A stretch of 64,000 bases of DNA from Candidatus Bathyarchaeia archaeon (GTDB lineage: Archaea; Thermoproteota; CALKCG01; B24), in NCBI GenBank assembly GCA_038870975.1, contig JAVZJD010000002.1:384001-448000 (forward strand), given 5' to 3'. The notes under the pieces were generated by a model. The model had not been told where the DNA came from and ran no database searches. It saw nothing but the letters and a program-made list of their open reading frames with translations. Shown piece by piece: positions 10,699 through 19,320 of the stretch. Position numbers and translations under genes: made by a program. Position 1 is the stretch's first letter; every line of letters begins with the position of its first letter.

Positions 10699-10718
10699 TT
10701 GTGTGCATAAGCACAAAA
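10699..10718. promoter_or_regulatory. Imperfect palindrome TTGTGTGC-ATAA-GCACAAAA, putative operator in divergent promoter
   Basis: TGTGC/GCACA inverted arms between the DUF134 regulator and the divergent operon. Confidence 0.45.
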
Positions 10719-10738
10719 TAGGTTTAGAGGTGAAAAAT

Positions 10739-11080
10739 ATGGCATGGGGTTGGAGAGGTAGAAAAGGTAGTTGGATTGGACCATGGCCTGGAAGAGGACC
10801 ATTCAGCTACTTACCGCCATGGCAAAGACCGGGATGGACGTTCGGAAGGGGATGGTGCTGGTACTACTTGTACAGCCCATGGGTTGTTAGAAGGCTTCTA
10901 AGGGCTTGGCGGGTTTATCCGCCGTTTACACCACCACAATCTCCAGAAGGAGAATTAGCTACTTTAGAAGATTACAAGAAGGAGCTTGAAGAAGAGAAAG
11001 CAAGCATAGAGCAGGAGATAAGAGACGTAGAAGCAAGAATAAGAGAGTTAAAAGGCTTAGCCAAGGAAGGTGGAAGTTAA
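10739..11080 (+). CDS. DUF5320-like Gly/Trp/Pro-rich protein with C-terminal coiled coil
   Basis: GPWPGRGPFSYLPPWQRPGW motif; GAGGTGA RBS before ATG 10739. Confidence 0.75.
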   Translation: MAWGWRGRKGSWIGPWPGRGPFSYLPPWQRPGWTFGRGWCWYYLYSPWVVRRLLRAWRVYPPFTPPQSPEGELATLEDYKKELEEEKASIEQEIRDVEARIRELKGLAKEGGS

Positions 11081-11088
11081 CCTAGGCT

Positions 11089-11283
11089 GTGAAAATCTTG
11101 ACTCTACCTGTTAAACGTTTCCAATGTTTTAACTGCGGTCAGGTGATAGAAGTCCCTCAGGGAGTTTATAAGCCGCTTAATTGCCCGAAATGTGGAACAG
11201 CAGCGATGATGATTCATAGGTTGAATAGGGGTCCGCCTGGAGGAAGAAGAGGAAGAGGAGGAGCATGGCAAAGTGGTCAATAG
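11089..11283 (+). CDS. Small Zn-ribbon protein
   Basis: CFNC...CPKC and Gly/Arg tail; operonic with neighbours. Confidence 0.65.
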   Translation: MKILTLPVKRFQCFNCGQVIEVPQGVYKPLNCPKCGTAAMMIHRLNRGPPGGRRGRGGAWQSGQ

Positions 11284-11331
11284 TAACATTCTCTATTTTT
11301 AATCTAACTTTGAATGTGGGGTTGTTAAGCT

Positions 11332-11685
11332 ATGAGGAGGCTGAAAATAGCCATCCCAACAAAAAACCACATGGGTCTAGAGGATTTTGTTTCAGATGTT
11401 TTCGGTAAAGCTAAAACCTTCACAATAGTAGAATGTGAAGACGGTAAAATTGTAAATGTGCAAATAGTCGATAACACCGCTGCGTCTTACGATTATGGTT
11501 CAGGACCTATTGTCGTAAAGATGTTGGCGGACTTGAAAGTAGACCTTGTATTGGCGGTAGAGATTGGGCCAGGTGTTTCAAAGTTGCTTAAACATAACAG
11601 TATTCGGAAGATCTTAGTAGAATCGGGTAGGAGAGTTAAGGATATACTGGAAGAAGGTTTAACGGGTCAGGACTATAGGAGATAA
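11332..11685 (+). CDS. NifB/NifX family iron-molybdenum cofactor-binding protein
   Basis: KIAIPT...VSDVFGKAKTF, EIGPG. Confidence 0.88.
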   Translation: MRRLKIAIPTKNHMGLEDFVSDVFGKAKTFTIVECEDGKIVNVQIVDNTAASYDYGSGPIVVKMLADLKVDLVLAVEIGPGVSKLLKHNSIRKILVESGRRVKDILEEGLTGQDYRR

Positions 11686-12017
11686 TGCATAGTTAAAAAG
11701 AGTTTATTAAAGTTGTTAAAATAGCAGTTCAACCATGAGGGTTTTAGACCTTAAGACAATCTGAGGGGTAAAGCATTCCACTTTTTACAAATAATTTTTC
11801 TCTATGATATTAAAAGAAAATTTAAATAAATTTTCTCTAAACTATATTATGTTCTTGGGAATCTACCAAGGACCTCATCGACTTCGAAAGATACTTGATA
11901 TGGTCCAACAATATACCATCTTAATTTGTTAAATAATGCAAGAAATCATTTGTATTTTAATGTAATCGTTGTCAACACGTTTTTATGTTGACCTTGTCTC
12001 TTAACAATAGTTGAATC

Positions 12018-12769
12018 ATGTCATTATTCAGAAGGAAGACTTGGATTGAGGGTTTGGATGAGATTCTCAGAGGCGGTTTTTAGAAGGCTCAAGTATCATA
12101 CTCTTAGGGCCTGTTGTAACTCTTAAGTCTCACTTAGCCTTTCAAATCATATATGGAGGATTGAAGAGCGGTGAAAAATGTCTCCTCATGAGTACCAATT
12201 TGACTTTTAATACTTTAAGAACCCATTTGAAAATTAGCTATGACTGGGATTTAAAGCCCTATTTAGATGCTGGAAAGCTAGATTTCATATACTATCCCTC
12301 TCATATCACTGAGAGCGCGAGTAGGTCTAGCAGTATTGAAGGACTTAGAGAAATAACCTTCCGAACAGGAGAAGGCGTTACAAGAGTGGTTATACACAGT
12401 TTCTCTCAGCTCTACTCTATTGTAAATGATGAGAGTTTAATTATGAGTATGATCTATAGGCTTAAAGAGAAGATCGAGAGGAACCGAGGAGTTGTTCTAT
12501 ATCTTCTGGATAACGGTGTTCAAAGCCGCCAAGTTGAAGAAAATCTAAAATCGATTTGCGATTACGTTTTAGAGATAAGAGATGTTGAAGACTCCGTAGA
12601 GATAAGAGTCTCTAAGGCACCGACGCCTCACAGTTTAGAGTGGCATAAACTACTTTTCTCACCCGATGGCGTACGTGTTGGAGCCCCTTCGGTTAAACCC
12701 GGTAAAACCGATAGGAAAAGTCTTCAAGCAAAATCTACTCTGCCGAGCCTTAAGGCGTTCATAGAGTGA
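12018..12769 (+). pseudogene. KaiC/RAD55-like RecA-superfamily ATPase, frameshifted in a T run at ~12077-12081
   Basis: ATG 12018 gives KTWIEGLDEILRGGF then TAG; one extra T continues LEGSSIILLGPVVTLKS...GLKSGEKC into ORF 12161-12769 (RVVIHS, SICDYVLE). Confidence 0.8.
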
Positions 12770-12887
12770 GCTTATTTTTTAAACCGTTAAGATAGAAAAC
12801 TATAGCTTATCCACATCATACGTGGAGTATTACAGAAAGTTTTATGTGAAGATAGGCGTCTAATGTTGATTTTGGAAGGGTGTTAAA

Positions 12888-14246
12888 TTGAACGTTAAAG
12901 TTGGGTTTATAGTTTGTGGTGTACACTCTGAAGTGAAAGATGCTCTAGGTAGACCTATGATCGATGTTAAACTCGTAGAAGACTCTTTAAATTCTCTTAG
13001 AAAAGCTGGGCTGGACGTCTACAGGGTTTATGGTGTGCTTTCAAAAAGCTGGGAGATCGAGAAGGCGGTAGAGGAATGTGAAAAACAGGGCGTTGACTGT
13101 ATTGTTTTCTACGTTGCTACGTGGCTTTGGGCTTCGGAAATATGGAGAGCTGCCTATCATCTTTCAGTACCTGTACTAATATGGTGTACGCCGACTTCTA
13201 TTGGCTGGGCTACTGGCGGAGCATTAGTTCTACACGGTGCTTTAGATGAAGTTGGAGTTAAACATAAAATCGTTTACGGATATCCAAGTGAAGAGGAGGC
13301 TTTGAAGAGTATAGTGGCTTTCGCTAGAGCTGCAAATGCCGCTAATAGACTTAAGAAGACGACTCTGGGTCTAATAGGAGGCTATAGTATGGGTGCTGTT
13401 ACCGGTTCTGTGGATATTGCCCAAGTGCTGTCAAAATTTGGAGTTAAAGTTGAACACGTAGACCAGTATATGCTTGTTAATTTGGCTAAGGCCATTTCAA
13501 AAGAAGATGTAGAGAAGGTCTATAGGGAGTTGAAGGCGAAGTATGATAATCTGCCTGAGCTCGACGAAGTTATGGATAGGTCTATTAGACTGTATATTGC
13601 GTTGAAGAGACTTGCTTCAGAGAAGAAGTACGATGTTGTAGCGGTCAAATGCTTTCCAGAGCTTGGAGACAACTACGCTACAGCCTGTTTAGCGCAAAGC
13701 CTTCTACCAGACGAGGGTGTTGTTACTTCCTGCATAGGAGACGTTAACACGGCGCTTTCAGCGTACATATTATACTTGTTAAGTGGAAAGCCTACGTTTA
13801 ACCCAGATGTACAACAGGTTAGAAAGTGGGAGAATGTTGTTAAACTCGCCTCTGATGGAGCCGCTCCAATATCGCTAGCTGAAGATGTAAGAAGAATTGT
13901 TTTAAAACGTAGAGGACTGCCGACTGAAGGGGCTGCCGACGGTATTTGCGTGGGATTCGTATGTAAACCTGGACCGGTGACGCTAATACGGTTGTGTAGG
14001 ATTAAAGGGGAGTACCATATGCATGTAGTTACTGGAGAGGCATTCATTCCAAAGGATGTAGATGTAGCTCTTTTAGAGTGCGGCTTCCCCCATTGGCCTC
14101 ACGCATTCATACGAATACACGGAGAAGTGGAGAAATTCATTCAGAACCAGAGGAGTGAGTACATATCCATGTGCTACGGTGACTATGAGAAGGAGCTAAT
14201 AGACCTATGCTACCTGCTGGATGTAAAGCCGCTGTTAGACAAGTAG
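12888..14246 (+). CDS. L-fucose/L-arabinose isomerase family protein
   Basis: LGLIGG.SMG, AVKCFPEL, CLA, GDVNTA, KPGPVTLIRL, WPHAF. Confidence 0.85.
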   Translation: MNVKVGFIVCGVHSEVKDALGRPMIDVKLVEDSLNSLRKAGLDVYRVYGVLSKSWEIEKAVEECEKQGVDCIVFYVATWLWASEIWRAAYHLSVPVLIWCTPTSIGWATGGALVLHGALDEVGVKHKIVYGYPSEEEALKSIVAFARAANAANRLKKTTLGLIGGYSMGAVTGSVDIAQVLSKFGVKVEHVDQYMLVNLAKAISKEDVEKVYRELKAKYDNLPELDEVMDRSIRLYIALKRLASEKKYDVVAVKCFPELGDNYATACLAQSLLPDEGVVTSCIGDVNTALSAYILYLLSGKPTFNPDVQQVRKWENVVKLASDGAAPISLAEDVRRIVLKRRGLPTEGAADGICVGFVCKPGPVTLIRLCRIKGEYHMHVVTGEAFIPKDVDVALLECGFPHWPHAFIRIHGEVEKFIQNQRSEYISMCYGDYEKELIDLCYLLDVKPLLDK

Positions 14247-14464
14247 ACTTTAAGAACCTTCTCAATATTCTGCCCTCAGCTTAGTTCTCTTAACGACGTG
14301 CGTCAACGGATTGTTCATATTACAACTTTGAAAGGTTGTTTAAAAACCTGGACGTAGATTTAGCTAGGACTCTACTTGGGGAAGGGGAAATTTACTACAT
14401 GGTATCTGTAGGCTCAGAGCTGCAAAGCCTGGAGGGGGCTCATATTCTTCAGACTTAGAGGGAT

Positions 14465-16387
14465 TTAAGCGTCAACAGACTCCCATGGGAATCTACATTG
14501 AGTTAAATCGCTTATCCCACTGTGCCATTCAGTATCGGCTACTGTGAAGTGTACTCTCACGGGTTCATCATAGCGTATTACTTTTATCATCACATGATTC
14601 CATCCTTTTCGGAGAATCGTATTAACATAGTTTGAACCGTCACCGCTGTAGTTCGGCCTTAGTGGAACCCTTTGACGGGTTTCATGTATAATCTTGCCGT
14701 TTAACCATAGACGCATTCTACTATTATTCGGTACTCCTAAAACGACACTACGCTCTTCAAAAGAATACATATAGTGTCGCAGGTAGATGACCCCGGGCTT
14801 GTTTGCAAAAAACGGCTCTATTTCTAGGGCGTTTTCAGGCCAAGACACAGCCTTCCATTTTTCACCAGCTTCCATAAGCGTGGCGTCCTTCTCGGGTGGA
14901 AAGGCGAAATCTAGAAAAACTGGTTCTCTGAAGACTTCTGAAACCAGCCAACGGAAGCCTCCTACGAAGTTTAACGGGATACATAGGAGGCTGGGCCTCC
15001 CATCTATTGAAACTTCTACCATCCCCCTGTTGACTGTGTTTATATCGTATACTTGCGCAACAATTGAAAAATCAAATTCGGCATTCTCTCTCGGCTCTAA
15101 ATTGAAGTGGTAAGTCGAGTAGGGGTTTAAACTCCAACCTCCTGGGATGTGTATGGTGAGTCTTCCAGAAATACGTGTTGGTCTGGCGTTTTCTAAGATG
15201 ACTTTAAACTTGTTTGGAGTGTTCGGGAGTACGGCTGGACCATCTACATATACTACTGATGCTTTCACAGTGGTTAGGTCGAAATCCACCTGGTTTGGTG
15301 GAATTCTCCAAAGCCTACCTACATCTTTTAGAGAATCTAGTATAGCATCTTCAGCCCTAGAGAAGTCGTCTTCATCACACAGTCTTACAGGTGAATTTAA
15401 AGACTTTAGAACTCGTTCGCCTATTACGCATACCTCCTCTGTAAGCTCTTGCAAGTTCTTAGGCACGTGGATGTTCACTATTCCACGGCTTACGAGGACT
15501 TGGTCACCTAAAGGCTTAACCCATTCCTCTGGAAGTCTACTCCTACCGTCGATTATACCCCATATCGCTCCCACCGTTGCACCAGTACAATCAGTATCCC
15601 ATCCGCAGTTTACGGCTTTACACATAGCATCCCCAAAATCTTCCCCGTATAACAGCCCAATGGTTTGAAAGCCTAAGTTTATCGGAGAATACTGAGCTAT
15701 CGGACTGTAAGCCACTTCCTTAACCTTTTCACGCGCCTCTCGCCAATTCAATCCGTTAAGGTAAGAGTTTAAAGCTGTACGGATGGACTTTGCCGTCATA
15801 CTGTCCTCCGGGATTGCTGAGAGACCTATCTCCACTAGTTTAACTCTATCGCTTATTAGGAAGGCTGAGGACTCTACAACGGCGTTGAAGACTTCACCGT
15901 AGACTGATTCTCCCCCTGCATGGTCGCATATGGCATCCTGATAGGCATACCATGCCGCTATATGCGGAGAGCCGGGTGCTATGCAAGCCCATATTTCTGA
16001 GCGTATGGGGCTACCCATACAGTCTTTAAACCAGTTGTTATACCATCCTGAAATAGGTGGATGTAAACCCTTCTTTAGATTTGTCTTATGCAATCCGTAT
16101 TCATCGTAGTTGTAGAGGATGCAGTCGAGCCAGTATTCGGCTAAATCTCTCGCAGCAATATAGATGCCACGGTCTTTAATAGCTTGAAGCCAAACAAGTT
16201 GAATCTCAAGGTCATCGTTTGGAATACCACCCTCCACAAGCTTGGGATACCACCAGACGTTGAACATTTCTTCTTGACCGAATATTCGCTCTAGGGGCCC
16301 GCCTAATGTTCCCCCGGCGTTTTTACCCATCCAACATCCGTAGACTTTATCGTAGTATGTCTCCCTAGAGAGCTTAACCTTAGACAT
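14465..16387 (-). CDS. ADP-ribosylglycohydrolase family protein with C-terminal beta-rich extension
   Basis: YGCWMGKNAGGTLG, NDDL, MGSPIRSE, AVNCGWDTDCTGAT; ~300 aa C-terminal extension. Confidence 0.88.
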   Translation of the reverse strand: MSKVKLSRETYYDKVYGCWMGKNAGGTLGGPLERIFGQEEMFNVWWYPKLVEGGIPNDDLEIQLVWLQAIKDRGIYIAARDLAEYWLDCILYNYDEYGLHKTNLKKGLHPPISGWYNNWFKDCMGSPIRSEIWACIAPGSPHIAAWYAYQDAICDHAGGESVYGEVFNAVVESSAFLISDRVKLVEIGLSAIPEDSMTAKSIRTALNSYLNGLNWREAREKVKEVAYSPIAQYSPINLGFQTIGLLYGEDFGDAMCKAVNCGWDTDCTGATVGAIWGIIDGRSRLPEEWVKPLGDQVLVSRGIVNIHVPKNLQELTEEVCVIGERVLKSLNSPVRLCDEDDFSRAEDAILDSLKDVGRLWRIPPNQVDFDLTTVKASVVYVDGPAVLPNTPNKFKVILENARPTRISGRLTIHIPGGWSLNPYSTYHFNLEPRENAEFDFSIVAQVYDINTVNRGMVEVSIDGRPSLLCIPLNFVGGFRWLVSEVFREPVFLDFAFPPEKDATLMEAGEKWKAVSWPENALEIEPFFANKPGVIYLRHYMYSFEERSVVLGVPNNSRMRLWLNGKIIHETRQRVPLRPNYSGDGSNYVNTILRKGWNHVMIKVIRYDEPVRVHFTVADTEWHSGISDLTQCRFPWESVDA

Positions 16388-16456
16388 TAAATCAACCTAC
16401 GGCCGAAGCTCAATATATGTTTATACGTAGCTTCATTAACTTAAGAAGTTTTAAGA

Positions 16457-17581
16457 ATGAATGCGCGAGAAAGGTTTCTAGCCACTGTAGGCTTTCAGAA
16501 GGCCGATAGATATCCATACTGGGAGCTTGGGATATGGAGTCAGACATATGATAGGTGGCTTCGCGAGGGCTTAGACGAAGAAGAGCTTAAGGGGGATTGG
16601 TTTAGAGGGGAGCCTAAATTCGCCAATCTTGATAGGAGAGACTTCATCCCTTTAAACCTAGGACCGATTCCAGGGTTTGAAGTGAAGACTATTAGTGAAG
16701 ATTGTAGGTACGTCGTCTTCAGGGATGAGTGGGGACGTATTAGAAGGGCTTTGAAAGAAGGTGAAGCTCACGGCACGAGAGCATCTATGGATACCTACGT
16801 AGAATTCTTCTTGAAAGACCGTGAAGACTTCCAAGAGCTTAAGAAGCACTTCGACCCTTACGATCCAAAAAGATATCCTAAGAACTGGGAGGAGTTGAAG
16901 AAGAAGTGGAAGGATAGAGACTATCCGTTATATTTAACGGAGAACTGCGGCTTTGGAGGTTTATACTGGAATCTGAGAAATATGATGGGTACTGTGAGAT
17001 TGTCTATAGCCTTCTACAAGAAGCCGAATCTAGTACATGAAATCCTGGATTTTATCGTTGAATTCTTCGTAAAAGCCACTAAAAAGGCTTTAAGCGAGGT
17101 TGAAGTCGATGCATTTATATTCAACGAAGACTTCGCCTGTAAAAGTGGACCGTTAATATCGCCTAGGATTTTCCGGGAATTCTTCCTTCCACGCTACGAG
17201 GAAATCATCAAGCACTTAAAAATGCATGGGGTTAAAGTCATCGAATTGGATAGCGATGGAAATACTGAACCCCTAATTCCGTTGATGATTGAAGCTGGGG
17301 TAAATGCCCACTGGCCTCTTGAAGCAGCTTCAGGTATGAATCCTGTGAACGTTAGGAGAAAGTATGGTGAAAAGTTGGCATTATACGGGGGGATAGATAA
17401 GAGGGCTCTTACAGGTGGTAAGAGAACGATCGAAAGAGAAGTGTATAGTAAAATAGTGCCTATGATTGAACTTGGAGGATATATTCCGACAGTTGACCAT
17501 ACGGTGCCTCCAGATGTTCCTCTTAAAAACTTTCTTTATTACTTAGAGTTGAAACGTAAAGTTGTTGAAGATGTAAGTTGA
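16457..17581 (+). CDS. Uroporphyrinogen decarboxylase (URO-D/MtaA) family protein
   Basis: MNARERFL, EDFACKSGPLISP..FREF, DSDGN, GGIDK, GGYIPTVDHTVPPDVP. Confidence 0.88.
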   Translation: MNARERFLATVGFQKADRYPYWELGIWSQTYDRWLREGLDEEELKGDWFRGEPKFANLDRRDFIPLNLGPIPGFEVKTISEDCRYVVFRDEWGRIRRALKEGEAHGTRASMDTYVEFFLKDREDFQELKKHFDPYDPKRYPKNWEELKKKWKDRDYPLYLTENCGFGGLYWNLRNMMGTVRLSIAFYKKPNLVHEILDFIVEFFVKATKKALSEVEVDAFIFNEDFACKSGPLISPRIFREFFLPRYEEIIKHLKMHGVKVIELDSDGNTEPLIPLMIEAGVNAHWPLEAASGMNPVNVRRKYGEKLALYGGIDKRALTGGKRTIEREVYSKIVPMIELGGYIPTVDHTVPPDVPLKNFLYYLELKRKVVEDVS

Positions 17582-18104
17582 GAAAACTTTCTGGGTATGT
17601 TTAACGTTGAGATGTGAAAACTTCCATCTGAGAAATTTAAAGTCGTCTAATGCATTTAAACGCTTTAAATCTCATGAACTACATGGAAGTACGGCTGTAG
17701 TGTATTTTAGATAGACCGATGTAGATCATACTAGGAAGAGGATAACAGCCTCCTCTAAGGAAGGATTGGCATTTTACTTTAACCAATAGTGGTTTCTCGG
17801 TTATAGATGCTAAACGCCCATTAGATGTTGGAATTGAAAACGATTAAAGTAATTTTTACAGCGTTTGAACTTCCATGATATCCGTATTGTTCTGTGACAG
17901 ATACATACTACTGTATTCTCTAGAGCCTCAGCTAAAATAGATATTTTCGCAGACCTATTTGGAAAAATTCTAAAAATATTGCTTCAAATTAGAAAATAAT
18001 CTTATTTATTAGTTTATTTAACTATTCAACCTTTATTACACGCTTATAGAGTTTTTGGTAAATCCTTTAGCATTTCACATATTCTCTCCAGAGTAGAGAA
18101 AAAG

Positions 18105-18296
18105 ATGGTTAAAGCAAAGTGCCCAATGTGCAACGAGCAAGTCGATTTAGGCAATAAACCTGAATCTGAGGCAACTATAGACTGCCCCTACTGCGGTACT
18201 ACTCTTGTTGTAAGACGTACAGGGCGTAAGTGGATCCTCGAGGTCTTCGAGGAAGAAGAGAAGGAGGAATGGGAAGAAGAGGAAGACTTATTCTAA
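18105..18296 (+). CDS. LysW-like Zn-ribbon protein with acidic tail
   Basis: CPMC...CPYCGTTL and poly-Glu C-terminus; lacks terminal EDWGE. Confidence 0.7.
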   Translation: MVKAKCPMCNEQVDLGNKPESEATIDCPYCGTTLVVRRTGRKWILEVFEEEEKEEWEEEEDLF

Positions 18297-18312
18297 TTGG
18301 AGGTGTCTCCCC

Positions 18313-18372
18313 ATGAGCTGTACGGAGAAGAAGGAGGAGAAGAAAGAGGAGAAGAAGAAGAAAAAGAAGTAG
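18313..18372 (+). CDS. Putative 19-aa Lys/Glu-rich peptide MSCTEKKEEKKEEKKKKKK
   Basis: GGAGGTG RBS just upstream, follows the LysW-like gene, precedes hairpin and T-tract. Confidence 0.45.
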   Translation: MSCTEKKEEKKEEKKKKKK

Positions 18373-18421
18373 TGGGGTTGACCTCTGCCCCACTACACAA
18401 TCCCCCTAATTTTTCTTTTTT
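18369..18421 (+). terminator. 9-bp hairpin followed by T-tract
   Basis: GTAGTGGGG (18369-77) / CCCCACTAC (18388-96), then TTTTTCTTTTTT. Confidence 0.55.
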
Positions 18422-18467
18422 AGAGAAAAATTATTTATGTGGCTTCGCATCCTATTAAGGTGCTTAG

Positions 18468-19187
18468 ATGCCCTTCTACATAGTTTGGGGGAAGCCCCTA
18501 CGCTTGAGAGATGTTTCATATCTTCTTGAAAGAGGATTTATGAAGCTTCATAAAGGGCTATGGATAAGTCGGTCTAATAGTATAGAGTCGGATTTAAAAC
18601 CCATCTTAGACTACTACTTTGAGTCTATTACTATTCTTAAAACGTCTAGAAAGCTTCACAAGCCCCTCATAAGTTTTGAGGAAAACATCTACAATCTGGG
18701 AAGCTTGATACTTATTGCATACGACTTGCCGTATAGTACACGTGTAAGAAAGGCTATTAGCAGACTCTTGAGAAGGAGCCCATGTTTTAAACTCGCTCCT
18801 TCCATATACCTCTTTCCTCACGCAAGGTATGAGGTTTATGAAGGAACATCCATAGTTTCACCCAGCGGTCTAATTAAAAGGATAATCCTCTACGGTGGCA
18901 GAGTAACATGTGCTTCAAGGCTTATTCTATTAAGCGATTACTCGGCGAAACATATAGTAGAGAAGAATTTAAATTTCTTGGGTGAGAGGGTTGAAAACGT
19001 TTACGATTATTGCTTAACGTTAGAGAGCGGTGAAAAGCTTATAGATCCTAAGCTTTTAAGCGAATTAAAAATTGAAGTCGCAACTCTTAAAACTCTTTTA
19101 AAGTTTTACGAGAGTGAGGTCTCGCTCAGTTTGAAAGAAATGTATTCTAAGGTCTATAAAGCCTCAAAAATTCTATCAAACTTTTAA
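18468..19187 (+). CDS. Hypothetical protein with PaaX-central/Cas2-like domain
   Basis: LIAYDLP...RKAISRLL...FKLAPSIY resembles the Cas2/VapD/PaaX ferredoxin-like core. Confidence 0.5.
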   Translation: MPFYIVWGKPLRLRDVSYLLERGFMKLHKGLWISRSNSIESDLKPILDYYFESITILKTSRKLHKPLISFEENIYNLGSLILIAYDLPYSTRVRKAISRLLRRSPCFKLAPSIYLFPHARYEVYEGTSIVSPSGLIKRIILYGGRVTCASRLILLSDYSAKHIVEKNLNFLGERVENVYDYCLTLESGEKLIDPKLLSELKIEVATLKTLLKFYESEVSLSLKEMYSKVYKASKILSNF

Positions 19188-19320
19188 TGGGACTTAATAT
19201 CATACGTCTATCTCAACCTATCCATCTTATCTCGTAGGGAAAAACCTTATAGGATTGTATTGAGCTCAGTCGTTTGAATTCAAGCGTAATTAGAAGGGTG
19301 GCTTAGAGAGATGGGAGAAT

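Noticed and set aside
14787-15668. Long antisense ORFs (also 30901-31386, 54975-55448 and similar)
   Set aside because: Shadows of well-supported genes on the opposite strand, with no motifs
18199-18393. Minus-strand poly-Leu ORF resembling a signal peptide
   Set aside because: It is the reverse complement of the GAA/AAG-rich tract; the plus strand has the RBS and terminator
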